Shown: piece after piece, positions 19,370 to 28,977 of the stretch | Layout of the letters: every line of letters begins with the position of its first letter | How positions within the stretch are numbered: the stretch's first letter is position 1 | Assembly: GCA_963662405.2 (NCBI GenBank) | Contig: CAXXKT010000002.1 | Location: 128,001 to 192,000, forward strand | Length of the DNA stretch: 64,000 nt | From: Syntrophales bacterium | GTDB taxonomy: Bacteria > Desulfobacterota > Syntrophia > Syntrophales > UBA2210 | Direction: 5' to 3' | Position numbers and translations under genes: made by a program | Notes under the pieces: model-generated | The model's input: the letters and a program-made list of their open reading frames with translations, nothing else | What the model was told of the DNA's origin: nothing | Database searches by the model: none

Positions 19370-21013
19370 TCATGAAAGCGCTTCCTTGAGGAAACGTCGG
19401 ACTGAGCTGATGTGTTCTTGAGACCAGATAAAAGGAGACGACGGATGCCCCCCCTTTTTACACAGGTCTTTCGACAGGGTCGGGTATTCTTGCAGTAATC
19501 CCGCTATCGTCATGGTTGTTTCTCCATCGATAAACACCTGCAAACAATCCACGTGATCATTAAACTCCCACGGTCGGCCGGATAAGATATAAAAACGCAA
19601 CAGGTTGCCCATACGACTCATTTCGTCAGTTTGTTCGGCAGGTCTTACTGTTTCATTAAGGTGATGGATGAACTCCAATACGGCCTTTGCCGTGTGGAGG
19701 ACAACATCATCAAATAACATTTTCCAGCCCACTTGAAATAACGTGACCAGACGGTGTTCTTTCAAAAGGGCCGCAAGGGGATCGGTCGGCTGTTTTTTTC
19801 CTGGTGCTGTGCCTGTCTTGAGCAGATACTCACTGCCCAGATTGCAGACTGAAAGGGCCGCTTCGGCCGCTTCCTTCGGCTGAAACGCTCGCCCCTGAAA
19901 TACACACCCGGAAATCAATGTATTGGACAGATAGGAAAGCTCCATCAGTCGTTGGGAACAGAGTTCTGTATCCGTTTGGTAGATACAGCGCATGGCCGTA
20001 GCCAGCGGCACAAATTGATCCCCGAAATCAGCTCCGTTATAATTGAGCAATTTATGGTCGGAAAACGGAAGCCCCTCCGCATTCCGGAGTATTTGGATAA
20101 ATTGTATGACCTTCAGATCAGTGGATTCTGAAGCCTCCTCTTCAGCTGTTTTGTCAGCAGTCCGAGTCCTGGCGGCAGGTCCGGTTTCCGCTTCGACCGC
20201 CTTGAAATATGCACGGGTAGTAAAGTCCATTGTTTTTGCCGCAACAATCTCCGGCAATGAAGCTGTCCGCACCTCACTCAAGAAAAACGCCGCTGACCTC
20301 GGTGTGACAAATCCCCTGCCCTCTCTTCGCTCTCTCCGTTCAGATGATACATCTTCTTCGAGCATCTCATCTGCTGTAAGCACATGAAAAAGGCCGCCAT
20401 TGTCTTCGATATGCTCTCCGCAAATTGCATGACATCGATCCAGCAGACGAATCAGCATGTCATAATCGGACGCATCAAGTTCCGTTATCAAAGCGCAGAC
20501 CGTACCCCAACTTGACTCATGTTTTGCAATCACCAGATATTCGCCGAACTCCTGGTTGAGCGAACTGTCCAGAACCTTTTCCAAGATGTTGCCATTCCCC
20601 GGCCCCCAGTCATCATCCGCATAAAGAGCAGGATCATGCCTGCCCACCACCAGAACAAGCCGGCACAAACCCAAAGTTACTAAATCCTCATCCAGTTCCA
20701 TAACCTTGCGGGCGGCAAAAGCTGATCCGTTTTCCATCATGATTTCCAGCCACAGACCGAAACGCTCGGCATCAAAGGTTTCATCCCGGCCGGGGACCTC
20801 GCTATGCCAAAGATCCTCATCAAGAACAGACTTCAACTGTTCTGATGTGGCAAGAGAAACGATTTGCGCCGAATCCTCCAACCCTACATGGCGAATCAGT
20901 CTGGTCAGAACACCGGCATCCAGACTTTGAACGATAGCGGGCAATTCCGGCAGGTCCAGAATATGATGTAGCAATTCTCCGGGCTGTTTACGTTTACGAA
21001 TAAGGGATGTCAT
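19370..21013 (-). CDS. Conserved hypothetical protein (DUF6178-like)
   Basis: ~547 aa ORF; IRHVGLEDSAQIVSLATSEQL..VLDEDLW resembles DUF6178 from memory. Confidence 0.55.
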   Translation of the reverse strand: MTSLIRKRKQPGELLHHILDLPELPAIVQSLDAGVLTRLIRHVGLEDSAQIVSLATSEQLKSVLDEDLWHSEVPGRDETFDAERFGLWLEIMMENGSAFAARKVMELDEDLVTLGLCRLVLVVGRHDPALYADDDWGPGNGNILEKVLDSSLNQEFGEYLVIAKHESSWGTVCALITELDASDYDMLIRLLDRCHAICGEHIEDNGGLFHVLTADEMLEEDVSSERRERREGRGFVTPRSAAFFLSEVRTASLPEIVAAKTMDFTTRAYFKAVEAETGPAARTRTADKTAEEEASESTDLKVIQFIQILRNAEGLPFSDHKLLNYNGADFGDQFVPLATAMRCIYQTDTELCSQRLMELSYLSNTLISGCVFQGRAFQPKEAAEAALSVCNLGSEYLLKTGTAPGKKQPTDPLAALLKEHRLVTLFQVGWKMLFDDVVLHTAKAVLEFIHHLNETVRPAEQTDEMSRMGNLLRFYILSGRPWEFNDHVDCLQVFIDGETTMTIAGLLQEYPTLSKDLCKKGGHPSSPFIWSQEHISSVRRFLKEALS

Positions 21014-21146
21014 AAGCACCTGATCGTTTTGGTTTCGTTTCGACTGGTTACCTTCAAAACACTGAGGGAATGTGAAGCGGTTTATTGCATACTATTCACC
21101 GGCATGTCAAATGTTATTATTATAATAATAACGATGAGTTATGTTC

Positions 21147-21175
21147 TTGACACCCATACACAACACTGATATACT
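21147..21175 (+). promoter_or_regulatory. Sigma70 promoter upstream of the mtfA-like gene
   Basis: TTGACA-17 nt-TATACT with extended -10 TG at 21167-21168. Confidence 0.7.
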
Positions 21176-21222
21176 GTTTTTTAAGAATCGTGTTAGAGAT
21201 CACAAAAATCAGGCCCATCTAT

Positions 21223-21262
21223 GAGTGAAGCTCCCCGCGGCTTGCCGCGGGGAGCTTCACTC
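21223..21262. repeat. Perfect 18-bp inverted repeat (IS200/IS605-end- or REP-like palindrome)
   Basis: GAGTGAAGCTCCCCGCGG-CTTG-CCGCGGGGAGCTTCACTC. Confidence 0.8.
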
Positions 21263-21279
21263 TTGAGTAGGAAAGTCGA

Positions 21280-22080
21280 ATGTTGCATTGGCTCGCCGAC
21301 CGTCGCAGAAAGAAGCTGACCCGGGCCCCTTTCCCTCCTGCATGGGAGGATATCATCCACCGTAACGTCGCCCACTACTGTATGCTGGAAGATGCCGAGC
21401 GTGCCCACCTGCGTGCCCTGATCCAGGTTTTTATCGCCGAAAAGAATTGGGAAGGTGTCGGTGGGCTGGATTTGACCGACGAGATCCGTGTAACGATATC
21501 CGCTCAGGCCTGTCTGCTTCTTCTGGGTCTGCCCCATGACTATTACCGGAATGTCGAATCCATCATCGTCTATCCCTCTACCGTTGTTCCGCCTCAACGC
21601 AAGCCGGGCTTCTTTGAAAACACATTGGCACCAGTGGAACTGGAGCATCCCATTATCGGGCAGGCGTTCCAGGGGGGACCGGTAATTATTATCTGGGATG
21701 CAGCCCTGCGCGGCGGTCGCCATCCCGAGTCCGGGTACAATGTCATTTATCATGAATTCGCCCACAAACTGGACATGCTCGACGGCACTGCCGACGGGAC
21801 GCCTCCGCTACGCGACCGTGCCGAATACCGTGACTGGGTCCAGACCTGTTCACGTGAATACCTCCGTCTCAAACACGATACCGACAAAGGCAGGAAGTCC
21901 TTCCTCAATCCTTACGGCGCGACCAGCGAAGCTGAATTCTTCGCCGTCGCCACCGAGCAATTCTTCGATCAGCCCCGATTGATGCTTCAGCATACCCCGG
22001 ACCTGTATCGTGTTTTACGGGAATATTACCGCCAGGATCCTTCCGGACGCGTGTCCCGGGATAACTGCACGGACGAATAG
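21280..22080 (+). CDS. Zinc-dependent peptidase, MtfA (peptidase M90) family
   Basis: NVIYHEFAHKLD (HExxH), YGATSEAEFFAVATE. Confidence 0.88.
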   Translation: MLHWLADRRRKKLTRAPFPPAWEDIIHRNVAHYCMLEDAERAHLRALIQVFIAEKNWEGVGGLDLTDEIRVTISAQACLLLLGLPHDYYRNVESIIVYPSTVVPPQRKPGFFENTLAPVELEHPIIGQAFQGGPVIIIWDAALRGGRHPESGYNVIYHEFAHKLDMLDGTADGTPPLRDRAEYRDWVQTCSREYLRLKHDTDKGRKSFLNPYGATSEAEFFAVATEQFFDQPRLMLQHTPDLYRVLREYYRQDPSGRVSRDNCTDE

Positions 22081-22153
22081 TACCATCAGGACTGAACGGG
22101 CGGGAGACAAAGGGCACGCTCTCACAGACCGATTAATAGAGCGGGATACTGCA

Positions 22154-22231
22154 CATCTCATGGACATACCGGTGACTCGGAACCACTCAGGGATCTTCCT
22201 GACCGCCCTCCTGCGGTGGGAAGAACTGTAA
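22154..22231 (+). repeat. Degenerate copy of the addA 3' end
   Basis: 22190-22230 matches 19273-19313 at 37/41 nt; translates HLMDIPVTRNHSGIFLTALLRWEEL* versus AddA HLKGIPETQIRVGIYLTSLLRWEEL*. Confidence 0.85.
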
Positions 22232-22447
22232 CAGCTCTTTTCAACTGCATAAATTTCTTGACAATACATTTTTAAAAGGTATGGTTTTTGTACGTTCCGA
22301 GTGAGGGTTTTTTGTTCTAAAGGGATGTTATGCGGTTCTACATAGCCCTATCATGATAAATAACGGATTTTATAAAACAACAGTTGCTGTGTTTGGGGTT
22401 TTATCAAAATCCGGATAATCACCGTTACGAATTAAATTTATTTGATT

Positions 22448-23260
22448 ATGCCTTATACAAAACATCCTGACTTTCTCCCGCCCAATGATCCTAATTCGAA
22501 GATTTGGCGTTATATGGATCTCGCAAAATTTCTTTCAATCTTGGAAAACCGTTGCTTGTATTTTGTTCGTTTGGATCAACTGGCAAATGTTGACCCATTT
22601 GAAGGTTATTATACGAATCTGAACGTAAAAATTGACAATATACCATTTGAAAACATGCCTAAAGAGTGGAAGGAAAAAAATGGCGTAGATACGAAAGAGC
22701 TTTATGAGGCAATAATTCAAGCGAATAAAGACAGTAGAGAGTTTGTAAAATATAATCGAGAAGTAACTTTTGTCAATTCATGGCATATTAAAGAATACGA
22801 ATCTGCTGCCATGTGGAATTTATATTTAAGCAATCATGAAGGCGTTTGCATTCGATCAACATATAACAAATTTATCAAATCTTTGGAGGCCTATGATGAT
22901 TTTGAAATACACATTGGAAAAATAAAATACATTGACTATCAGAGCGAGGCAATACCCATGGGTAACATATTTTCACCTTTTATCTATAAAAGAAAAAGTT
23001 TTGAACACGAAGAAGAACTAAGAGCATTAATTTGGACACCACAGTATGGCAAGAATAATATTTCTGATCGAGAACTTAACAGATATAAAAACAATATGGG
23101 TTTGTATGTTCCAGTTAATGTTGAAGAATTAGTTGAAAAGATTTTTGTTTGCCCAAGTGCCCCAAAATGGATTGCTGATCTAATACGTTCCCTAGTGAAA
23201 AAATATGAATTAACCATTGAGGTTATTCAGTCAGACTTAGCCGCAAAACCTTTGTATTAG
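22448..23260 (+). CDS. AT-rich hypothetical protein (DUF2971-like)
   Basis: IWRYMD...DPFEG, VNSWH...ESAAMW..Y, KRKSFEHEEELR; visibly AT-rich. Confidence 0.65.
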   Translation: MPYTKHPDFLPPNDPNSKIWRYMDLAKFLSILENRCLYFVRLDQLANVDPFEGYYTNLNVKIDNIPFENMPKEWKEKNGVDTKELYEAIIQANKDSREFVKYNREVTFVNSWHIKEYESAAMWNLYLSNHEGVCIRSTYNKFIKSLEAYDDFEIHIGKIKYIDYQSEAIPMGNIFSPFIYKRKSFEHEEELRALIWTPQYGKNNISDRELNRYKNNMGLYVPVNVEELVEKIFVCPSAPKWIADLIRSLVKKYELTIEVIQSDLAAKPLY

Positions 23261-23416
23261 GAAAAATATATGGCTAACATGAAATTTCACCAGAAAGACA
23301 GGCCGTAATGGACATGTGGGGATATTCCTATGTTTAAAGTTAGACCTTATCATTTCTAGCAGAAATTCATTGAAATCTAAAAGATACAATACGTAACCTG
23401 GGAGGCTCCAAATCAT

Positions 23417-24235
23417 ATGAAGCATTTGAAATGGACATCGTTTCTTGCGGCGATTCTGATCCTGCTGGGCGGGTGTGCGGCAAAGCAAAACGATTCTTTG
23501 TACGGCACGCTGTGGGTGCAAACGTCGGCCGAATATGAGGCCAATTGCCTCCAGGTGTATAACGTGGCCGAGAAGAATATCCATTCGGCCCTCAATGAGA
23601 CCGGCTGGACCGCCGCCCTTGAGCAAACGGGGGATTTCGCCTCTCTTCCCCCTGCCGTTATCATGGATATCGACGATACGCTGCTGGACACGTCCCCATA
23701 TCAGGCACAGATTATCATTGATGGAAAGGGATTCAGTCCCCGAACGTGGGATGAGTGGCTGGCGCTGAAAAACGCCCCCGCCGTCCCCGGCGCCGTGCGT
23801 TTTATCCAATCATTGAAAGAAAAGGATATCGAGGTCTTCTACATCACCAACCGGGAATGCAAAAAGCGACAGGGAACAGATTGCATGTGCCCCCAGGAGC
23901 AGGAAGTCATCGATAACCTTGCCGCGGTCGGCATCGACGGCGTGAAGGCGGAGCATGTACTGCTCAAACACGAGCGACCCGGCTGGTCGTCGGAGAAGAA
24001 GAGCAGGCGGGAATCCGTAGCCGCCTGGTACAGGATCTTGATGCTCTTCGGCGATGATCTCGGCGATTTTCTCCCCGGTGTGACGAAAAGCATCACCCCC
24101 CTCCGGCGGGATGAGCTGGTACGGCAGTACCGGAGCAACTGGGGTCACACATGGTACATGCTGAGTAACCCGATATACGGTTCGTGGCTGCGGGTACTGG
24201 ACGATCCGAAATCGAGACACTTGGTCGGGTACTAG
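23417..24235 (+). CDS. Class C acid phosphatase / 5'-nucleotidase lipoprotein e(P4) family (HAD)
   Basis: Lipobox LLGGC; DIDDT, FYITNR, GDDLGDF, NPIYGSW. Confidence 0.88.
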   Translation: MKHLKWTSFLAAILILLGGCAAKQNDSLYGTLWVQTSAEYEANCLQVYNVAEKNIHSALNETGWTAALEQTGDFASLPPAVIMDIDDTLLDTSPYQAQIIIDGKGFSPRTWDEWLALKNAPAVPGAVRFIQSLKEKDIEVFYITNRECKKRQGTDCMCPQEQEVIDNLAAVGIDGVKAEHVLLKHERPGWSSEKKSRRESVAAWYRILMLFGDDLGDFLPGVTKSITPLRRDELVRQYRSNWGHTWYMLSNPIYGSWLRVLDDPKSRHLVGY

Positions 24236-24333
24236 GCGGTTGTTATTTGACTGACATCGGAATATCGCATTTTTACCTTGTCCTTCACGGTACACACAGA
24301 GCGAGAGCCGGGGCAAAGAGGAGAACAAGACAA

Positions 24334-24528
24334 ATGGACGGAACAAGACGTGACCAGATACACCTCGGATCAGAGGTATGCATAGTGCTGAAGAAAGATC
24401 AGCGATCAGGAGCGCTCACAAAAGGGATTGTGAAAGACATACTGACGAAATCCCCGTTTCACCATCACGGGATCAAGGTCCGGCTGGAAGGGGGTGCGAT
24501 CGGGCGGGTCAAGGAAATCATACTATAG
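24334..24528 (+). CDS. YwbE/DUF2196 family small protein
   Basis: IVLKKDQRSGALTKGIVKDILTKSPFHHHGIKVRLEGGAIGRV. Confidence 0.85.
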   Translation: MDGTRRDQIHLGSEVCIVLKKDQRSGALTKGIVKDILTKSPFHHHGIKVRLEGGAIGRVKEIIL

Positions 24529-24616
24529 TGGGTGATCTGCATGAACGACAAAAAGAGGTGACCACGGTCTTTGTGTCGTCGGCCTCCATCCGTCTTTTAC
24601 AACGCCCTCTCTGCGG

Positions 24617-26131
24617 CTACAGACTCCACACAACGGAGCTCACGACCCGGTCGTTGTTGCGCCATTTACCGAAGTAGGTATCCAGGGGGCCACTGAAGAA
24701 TTCGAGGTCGAGGGTAAGGACAACCCCCGATACGACCCGCAGTGAGGCACCGATCCGCTGGAAATACGCCTCGTCGGACAGGGTGAAATCAGAAAGATAA
24801 TGCAGCGAGAGATCATCCGTGACCGTTGCGATCAGACTGGCTATGAGGTCATTTCGGCCAATGCGCCCATATTTGGAGCCCAGTATGTAGTCCGTATCAT
24901 CCTGCTCATCCGTAATACATTCACCGGCGTATTCAAGCCCAAGGTCGATTTTTTTCAGTCCGAGAACCGAGGCCAGACGATCGCTGGAGTGGCACAGCCC
25001 CCCCACATAGTTGATATAACTCTCATCACGTTCGTCACAGCTATAGCTGTAGAGGGCTTCTCCGTGAAATTCGGTATTCCCCCAGGTTGTAGAGAATCCC
25101 CCGGCCAGCTGATATACGTTGGGCGTCTCCTTGATGAGTGTCGCGGTGCCGGCGGTTTCTTCCAGCCTGATAACGGGATAAAAAGCCGGACCGTAATAGC
25201 CCGAAACGAAGGCGTCCCACATCCCCACGGATGTCTTGACGCGACCGAACCACCCCCAGTCTCCCGGATCATTATCGGGAAGCTCTTCCCTGACGCGTAT
25301 GGTCTTACCGCTGTCGAGCAGATCAACAAACCGGCTGTCGCCCAGGAGGCTATTGATCACGAAAGACAGGATTTCCTCCAGTTCCTCAAGCGATCCCGGA
25401 ACGGTGTATGATGGGTCCAAAAGATCGGTATTGATCCAGCGTGACCCGACGGCCGAAGCCTTCTTCTCCTGGTAGAAGGGCAGGACAGCACCCGTATAGA
25501 CTGTATCTCCCCGTGAATAATCGCAGGCCAGCTGCCAGGAACCTATCTGGATCGGATTCAGCGGATCGCTCAGATCGGCGGACGTATAGCGGTCGGCGGG
25601 TGAATATATCGTCGATATGCCGTTTTTGAAAATCTTTTTCCCCACGGTACAGAGGGCGGCATCATATGAAAGGGTGAAGAAGAGCTCATTCAATTCCGCG
25701 TACCGTTCCTTGTTATCGGTATCGGTCATGAAGTGGGTCACCCCCCCATATTCATTCTCTCCGGTCCCCGCCGTAAACCAGCCGGCGGCATGGAAGTTCC
25801 ACCGGTCTTTCCCCGTCCATGAGGACCAGTTGGCGCGTACCTGCCCGTCCCAGTGGTCATCGTCTTCGACATCAAAATACTTTTGAGAAGCGAGGGAGGG
25901 TGAGTCAACAAAATACGAACACCGAAGTTCCAGTTCCGCGCTGAAATGATCAATCAGCTGACTGCCGATGCTCTCCGGTGCCCGTGCATCAGACAGCTTA
26001 CCCGTCTTCATGTAGCTATCGAGCTCGGTCAGTCTATCCTGCCGATCGGCAGAATAGACGCGCGGGGTCCCCACACCGGCGGTGGATAGTATCAACAGGG
26101 GAAGTATGAATCCGATCAGTTTTTTTATCAT
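24617..26131 (-). CDS. Putative outer-membrane beta-barrel protein
   Basis: Signal peptide; amphipathic beta-strand pattern; C-terminal VVSSVVWSL; overlaps the MMPL stop codon. Confidence 0.6.
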   Translation of the reverse strand: MIKKLIGFILPLLILSTAGVGTPRVYSADRQDRLTELDSYMKTGKLSDARAPESIGSQLIDHFSAELELRCSYFVDSPSLASQKYFDVEDDDHWDGQVRANWSSWTGKDRWNFHAAGWFTAGTGENEYGGVTHFMTDTDNKERYAELNELFFTLSYDAALCTVGKKIFKNGISTIYSPADRYTSADLSDPLNPIQIGSWQLACDYSRGDTVYTGAVLPFYQEKKASAVGSRWINTDLLDPSYTVPGSLEELEEILSFVINSLLGDSRFVDLLDSGKTIRVREELPDNDPGDWGWFGRVKTSVGMWDAFVSGYYGPAFYPVIRLEETAGTATLIKETPNVYQLAGGFSTTWGNTEFHGEALYSYSCDERDESYINYVGGLCHSSDRLASVLGLKKIDLGLEYAGECITDEQDDTDYILGSKYGRIGRNDLIASLIATVTDDLSLHYLSDFTLSDEAYFQRIGASLRVVSGVVLTLDLEFFSGPLDTYFGKWRNNDRVVSSVVWSL

Positions 26132-28869
26132 TTGTGCTCCTTGATCCTTTCCCGAAGCACCCAGTTGCTGACAACCAGTTGATCCGTGAGGATCCGGGCA
26201 ATATTCCTGAAGATGCGGCTGGCAATATGCGGATACAGACTGTGCAGACGCTCCATACTCTGTCGGCTGAATTCCACAAATTGAATGTCGGTTTCGGCGC
26301 GGGTGTCGGCGGAACGGGGCTGTTCATCCAGCATGGACAGATGACCGAAGATATCTCCGGGGCTGAACTGGTTATAAGCGACCTCCGTCCGGGTTTCGTC
26401 ATGGATACCATAGCGACGCACGTGCCCCTCAAGGAGAAGGAACATACCGTCTCCGTGGTCACCTTCCCGGTAGATATGCTCGCCGCGAGAGGCCTTCCTC
26501 ATCCGGCCGAGAAGAATGATCTTTTTGACCTGCCACATCCGCATCCCCCTGAAGAACTCGGACTGCTCGATCACCTCTTTTTTGAGATTGAGGCTGAGGA
26601 TATCCCACAGTGTCAGCAGACGGGTCGATGATAAGAGTATGGGAGTGATCAGGATATCGTTCAGGAATGCCACCAGCATGACGATGGCCGAGAGGACCCC
26701 GAAATAGATGATAGCCACAAAATTGGAAAAGGCCAGGACAACAAAACCGAGGGCCAGGGCTATGGAGGTCGAAAACACCGGCTGCAGTTCCGTCTGAATA
26801 CAAAACCCGAGTGCCTGTTGCTGATCTTTTGCCTTGTGCATCTCCGTGTTATAACGGGTCATGAGATGGATGGTATCGTCTATCGATATGCCGATGGCGA
26901 TGACCGCAACCATGGCGGTCCCCACGTTCAGAGGAATGGAAAAGAGTCCCATAATACCGAAATTGACGGCAACGGGTATCACATTGGGGATCAGCGAAAG
27001 CAACCCGGCCTTTATATTGAGAAACAATACCGACATGATGACGAAGATGATGAAGAGGAGAAGGGTAATCGATTTGATCTGCCCTTCCGCGATGGAATCG
27101 GCGGCACTCAGGGTCAGGATGCTCTCACCCGTCAGTTCGTACGTGAAATGCGCGTTGAGGTTCGAATCAATAAACCGCTTCAACTCCTCGATAGCTTCTT
27201 TCTGGCGGTGAGAAGAGTTGAGGTTATGACGAACCATGATGTTCAGCTCGCTGAAATCGGGGGTGACATATCGGTTCAAGAGATTGCCTTCAAAAAAGAG
27301 GAGGTATTGGGATACCTTCTGTGCAGTCGATGGCAGTTCATACGAAGCCGGATCGCCACCGTTCATCTCCCTGTTGACGAGCTTGATCATGTCAACGAGA
27401 GACATGGAAAGATCGAGCTTTGGATTTTCCTTGATGAATCTCTGTATCGCATCGATCTCGGCCAGGTTCTTCGGGTCTTGAAAGAGTCCTTCATGCCCCC
27501 CGTTGATTCGGATAAAGAATGTCTGGGCACCGGGGAGTTCGCGACTCATCTCGTTGATTCTTTGAACGATGGGGGAATCCTTTTTGAAAAGTCCCATGAT
27601 ATCATTATCAAGTCTGACATTGATGCTGAATGCACCGATAACGGCGGACAGTCCCAAGACAACCCATAAAACGGTCCGTTTCCTGGCAGTGACCAGATAC
27701 GTTATCCGTTCGGCCATACGGTTGTAAAAGAGAGACTGCGCGGATTTTTCCCGGCGCCTCGGTATCGATCCAAAAAACCGCAGGTAAACGGGAGCTGCAA
27801 GACAGGTAACAACCGGATTTACAAACAGGCCAAAAGAGGCGACCATGCCGAACTGCCTGAGAATTATAATGTTATTCACACAAATGGACAGAAAACCCAG
27901 AAACGTCGTCAGGGCGGTAACCATAACCACCGTTCCCATCCGGGAGATCATGAATTCAATCGCCAGAGCCCTGGTGCCCTTCAGGTTGACTCCCGCGAAG
28001 TACTCCGAAAGCAGGTGAACATCCTCCGTTGAACCGACCACAATGATCAGGGGTGGGACAATGATGGTCAGGATGTTGATGGGGATCTGGGCGATGCTCA
28101 TAAACCCCGCCGTCAGCAGGATACTTATACCGGCCGTCAGCATGGGCAGAGCGGCGCCGCTCATGGACCTAGTGGTCAGAATCAATACCCCGAAGAGTAT
28201 CAGGGCGGAGAGGGGAATCAGGCTCTTCACGTCCATGGTCATCATGTCTGAGATCTGTGTCTTCAGATACGGATTGCCCAACTGCTCGATAACGCTAAAA
28301 TCCTTCTTCATCGGTTCGATGAGATGGTCCACAGCATCGGCGAGGGTCCGGTAAAATCCGGGGTTATTCCCTTCCGGCTCAATGAAAAGATTAATCGATA
28401 TGGCCTCCCCATCCCGGGATACGAGATTGTCGGCAATCAACGGATTTCTCAAGGCATCTTCGAGTATGGCGCGGGCCTCATCAACCGATTCGGGAAATAT
28501 ATCCATCAGCGGATTACTGCTGAGCATCCCCTCCTCACTTTTTAAATTCGTTACCGAGAAGATGCTTTCAACCGTCGTTACCCCGGACAGTTCTTCGAGA
28601 TCCAGGACCAGTGTCTCCAACTTTTCCAGCTTTTCCGGTGTAAAGATACCCTTGTCACGGACAAAAACGATACTGATCTGATCCGATCCGAACGTCTCCA
28701 GGGCATCCTGGTAAGCCAGACGAGCAGGATCGTTTCTCACCGTCATCCCCTCCATCGAGGGGTCCTGTTTAAGATTGGGGAGTTGCAAGACAGCACAGAG
28801 GCATGAGGTCAGGAGGACAGTGATCACACTCCATGGGTGATCGTAAGCGAACTGTAATATTTTACGCAT
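26128..28869 (-). CDS. MMPL/RND-family transporter with C-terminal cNMP-binding domain
   Basis: Two TM repeats (GSTEDVHLL; GISIDDTIH); C-terminal IYREGDHGDGMFLLLEG...GDIFG...PRSAD. Confidence 0.88.
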   Translation of the reverse strand: MRKILQFAYDHPWSVITVLLTSCLCAVLQLPNLKQDPSMEGMTVRNDPARLAYQDALETFGSDQISIVFVRDKGIFTPEKLEKLETLVLDLEELSGVTTVESIFSVTNLKSEEGMLSSNPLMDIFPESVDEARAILEDALRNPLIADNLVSRDGEAISINLFIEPEGNNPGFYRTLADAVDHLIEPMKKDFSVIEQLGNPYLKTQISDMMTMDVKSLIPLSALILFGVLILTTRSMSGAALPMLTAGISILLTAGFMSIAQIPINILTIIVPPLIIVVGSTEDVHLLSEYFAGVNLKGTRALAIEFMISRMGTVVMVTALTTFLGFLSICVNNIIILRQFGMVASFGLFVNPVVTCLAAPVYLRFFGSIPRRREKSAQSLFYNRMAERITYLVTARKRTVLWVVLGLSAVIGAFSINVRLDNDIMGLFKKDSPIVQRINEMSRELPGAQTFFIRINGGHEGLFQDPKNLAEIDAIQRFIKENPKLDLSMSLVDMIKLVNREMNGGDPASYELPSTAQKVSQYLLFFEGNLLNRYVTPDFSELNIMVRHNLNSSHRQKEAIEELKRFIDSNLNAHFTYELTGESILTLSAADSIAEGQIKSITLLLFIIFVIMSVLFLNIKAGLLSLIPNVIPVAVNFGIMGLFSIPLNVGTAMVAVIAIGISIDDTIHLMTRYNTEMHKAKDQQQALGFCIQTELQPVFSTSIALALGFVVLAFSNFVAIIYFGVLSAIVMLVAFLNDILITPILLSSTRLLTLWDILSLNLKKEVIEQSEFFRGMRMWQVKKIILLGRMRKASRGEHIYREGDHGDGMFLLLEGHVRRYGIHDETRTEVAYNQFSPGDIFGHLSMLDEQPRSADTRAETDIQFVEFSRQSMERLHSLYPHIASRIFRNIARILTDQLVVSNWVLRERIKEHK

Positions 28870-28977
28870 CAGCGGACTCGAGGCAATGATGACCGCAGTA
28901 CAGGAACGGATTCGGAATTCTTGTGAATAACAGGTGCGTTTTCAATCATGTCTGCCATAGATAAAATGGCCCTTCCT

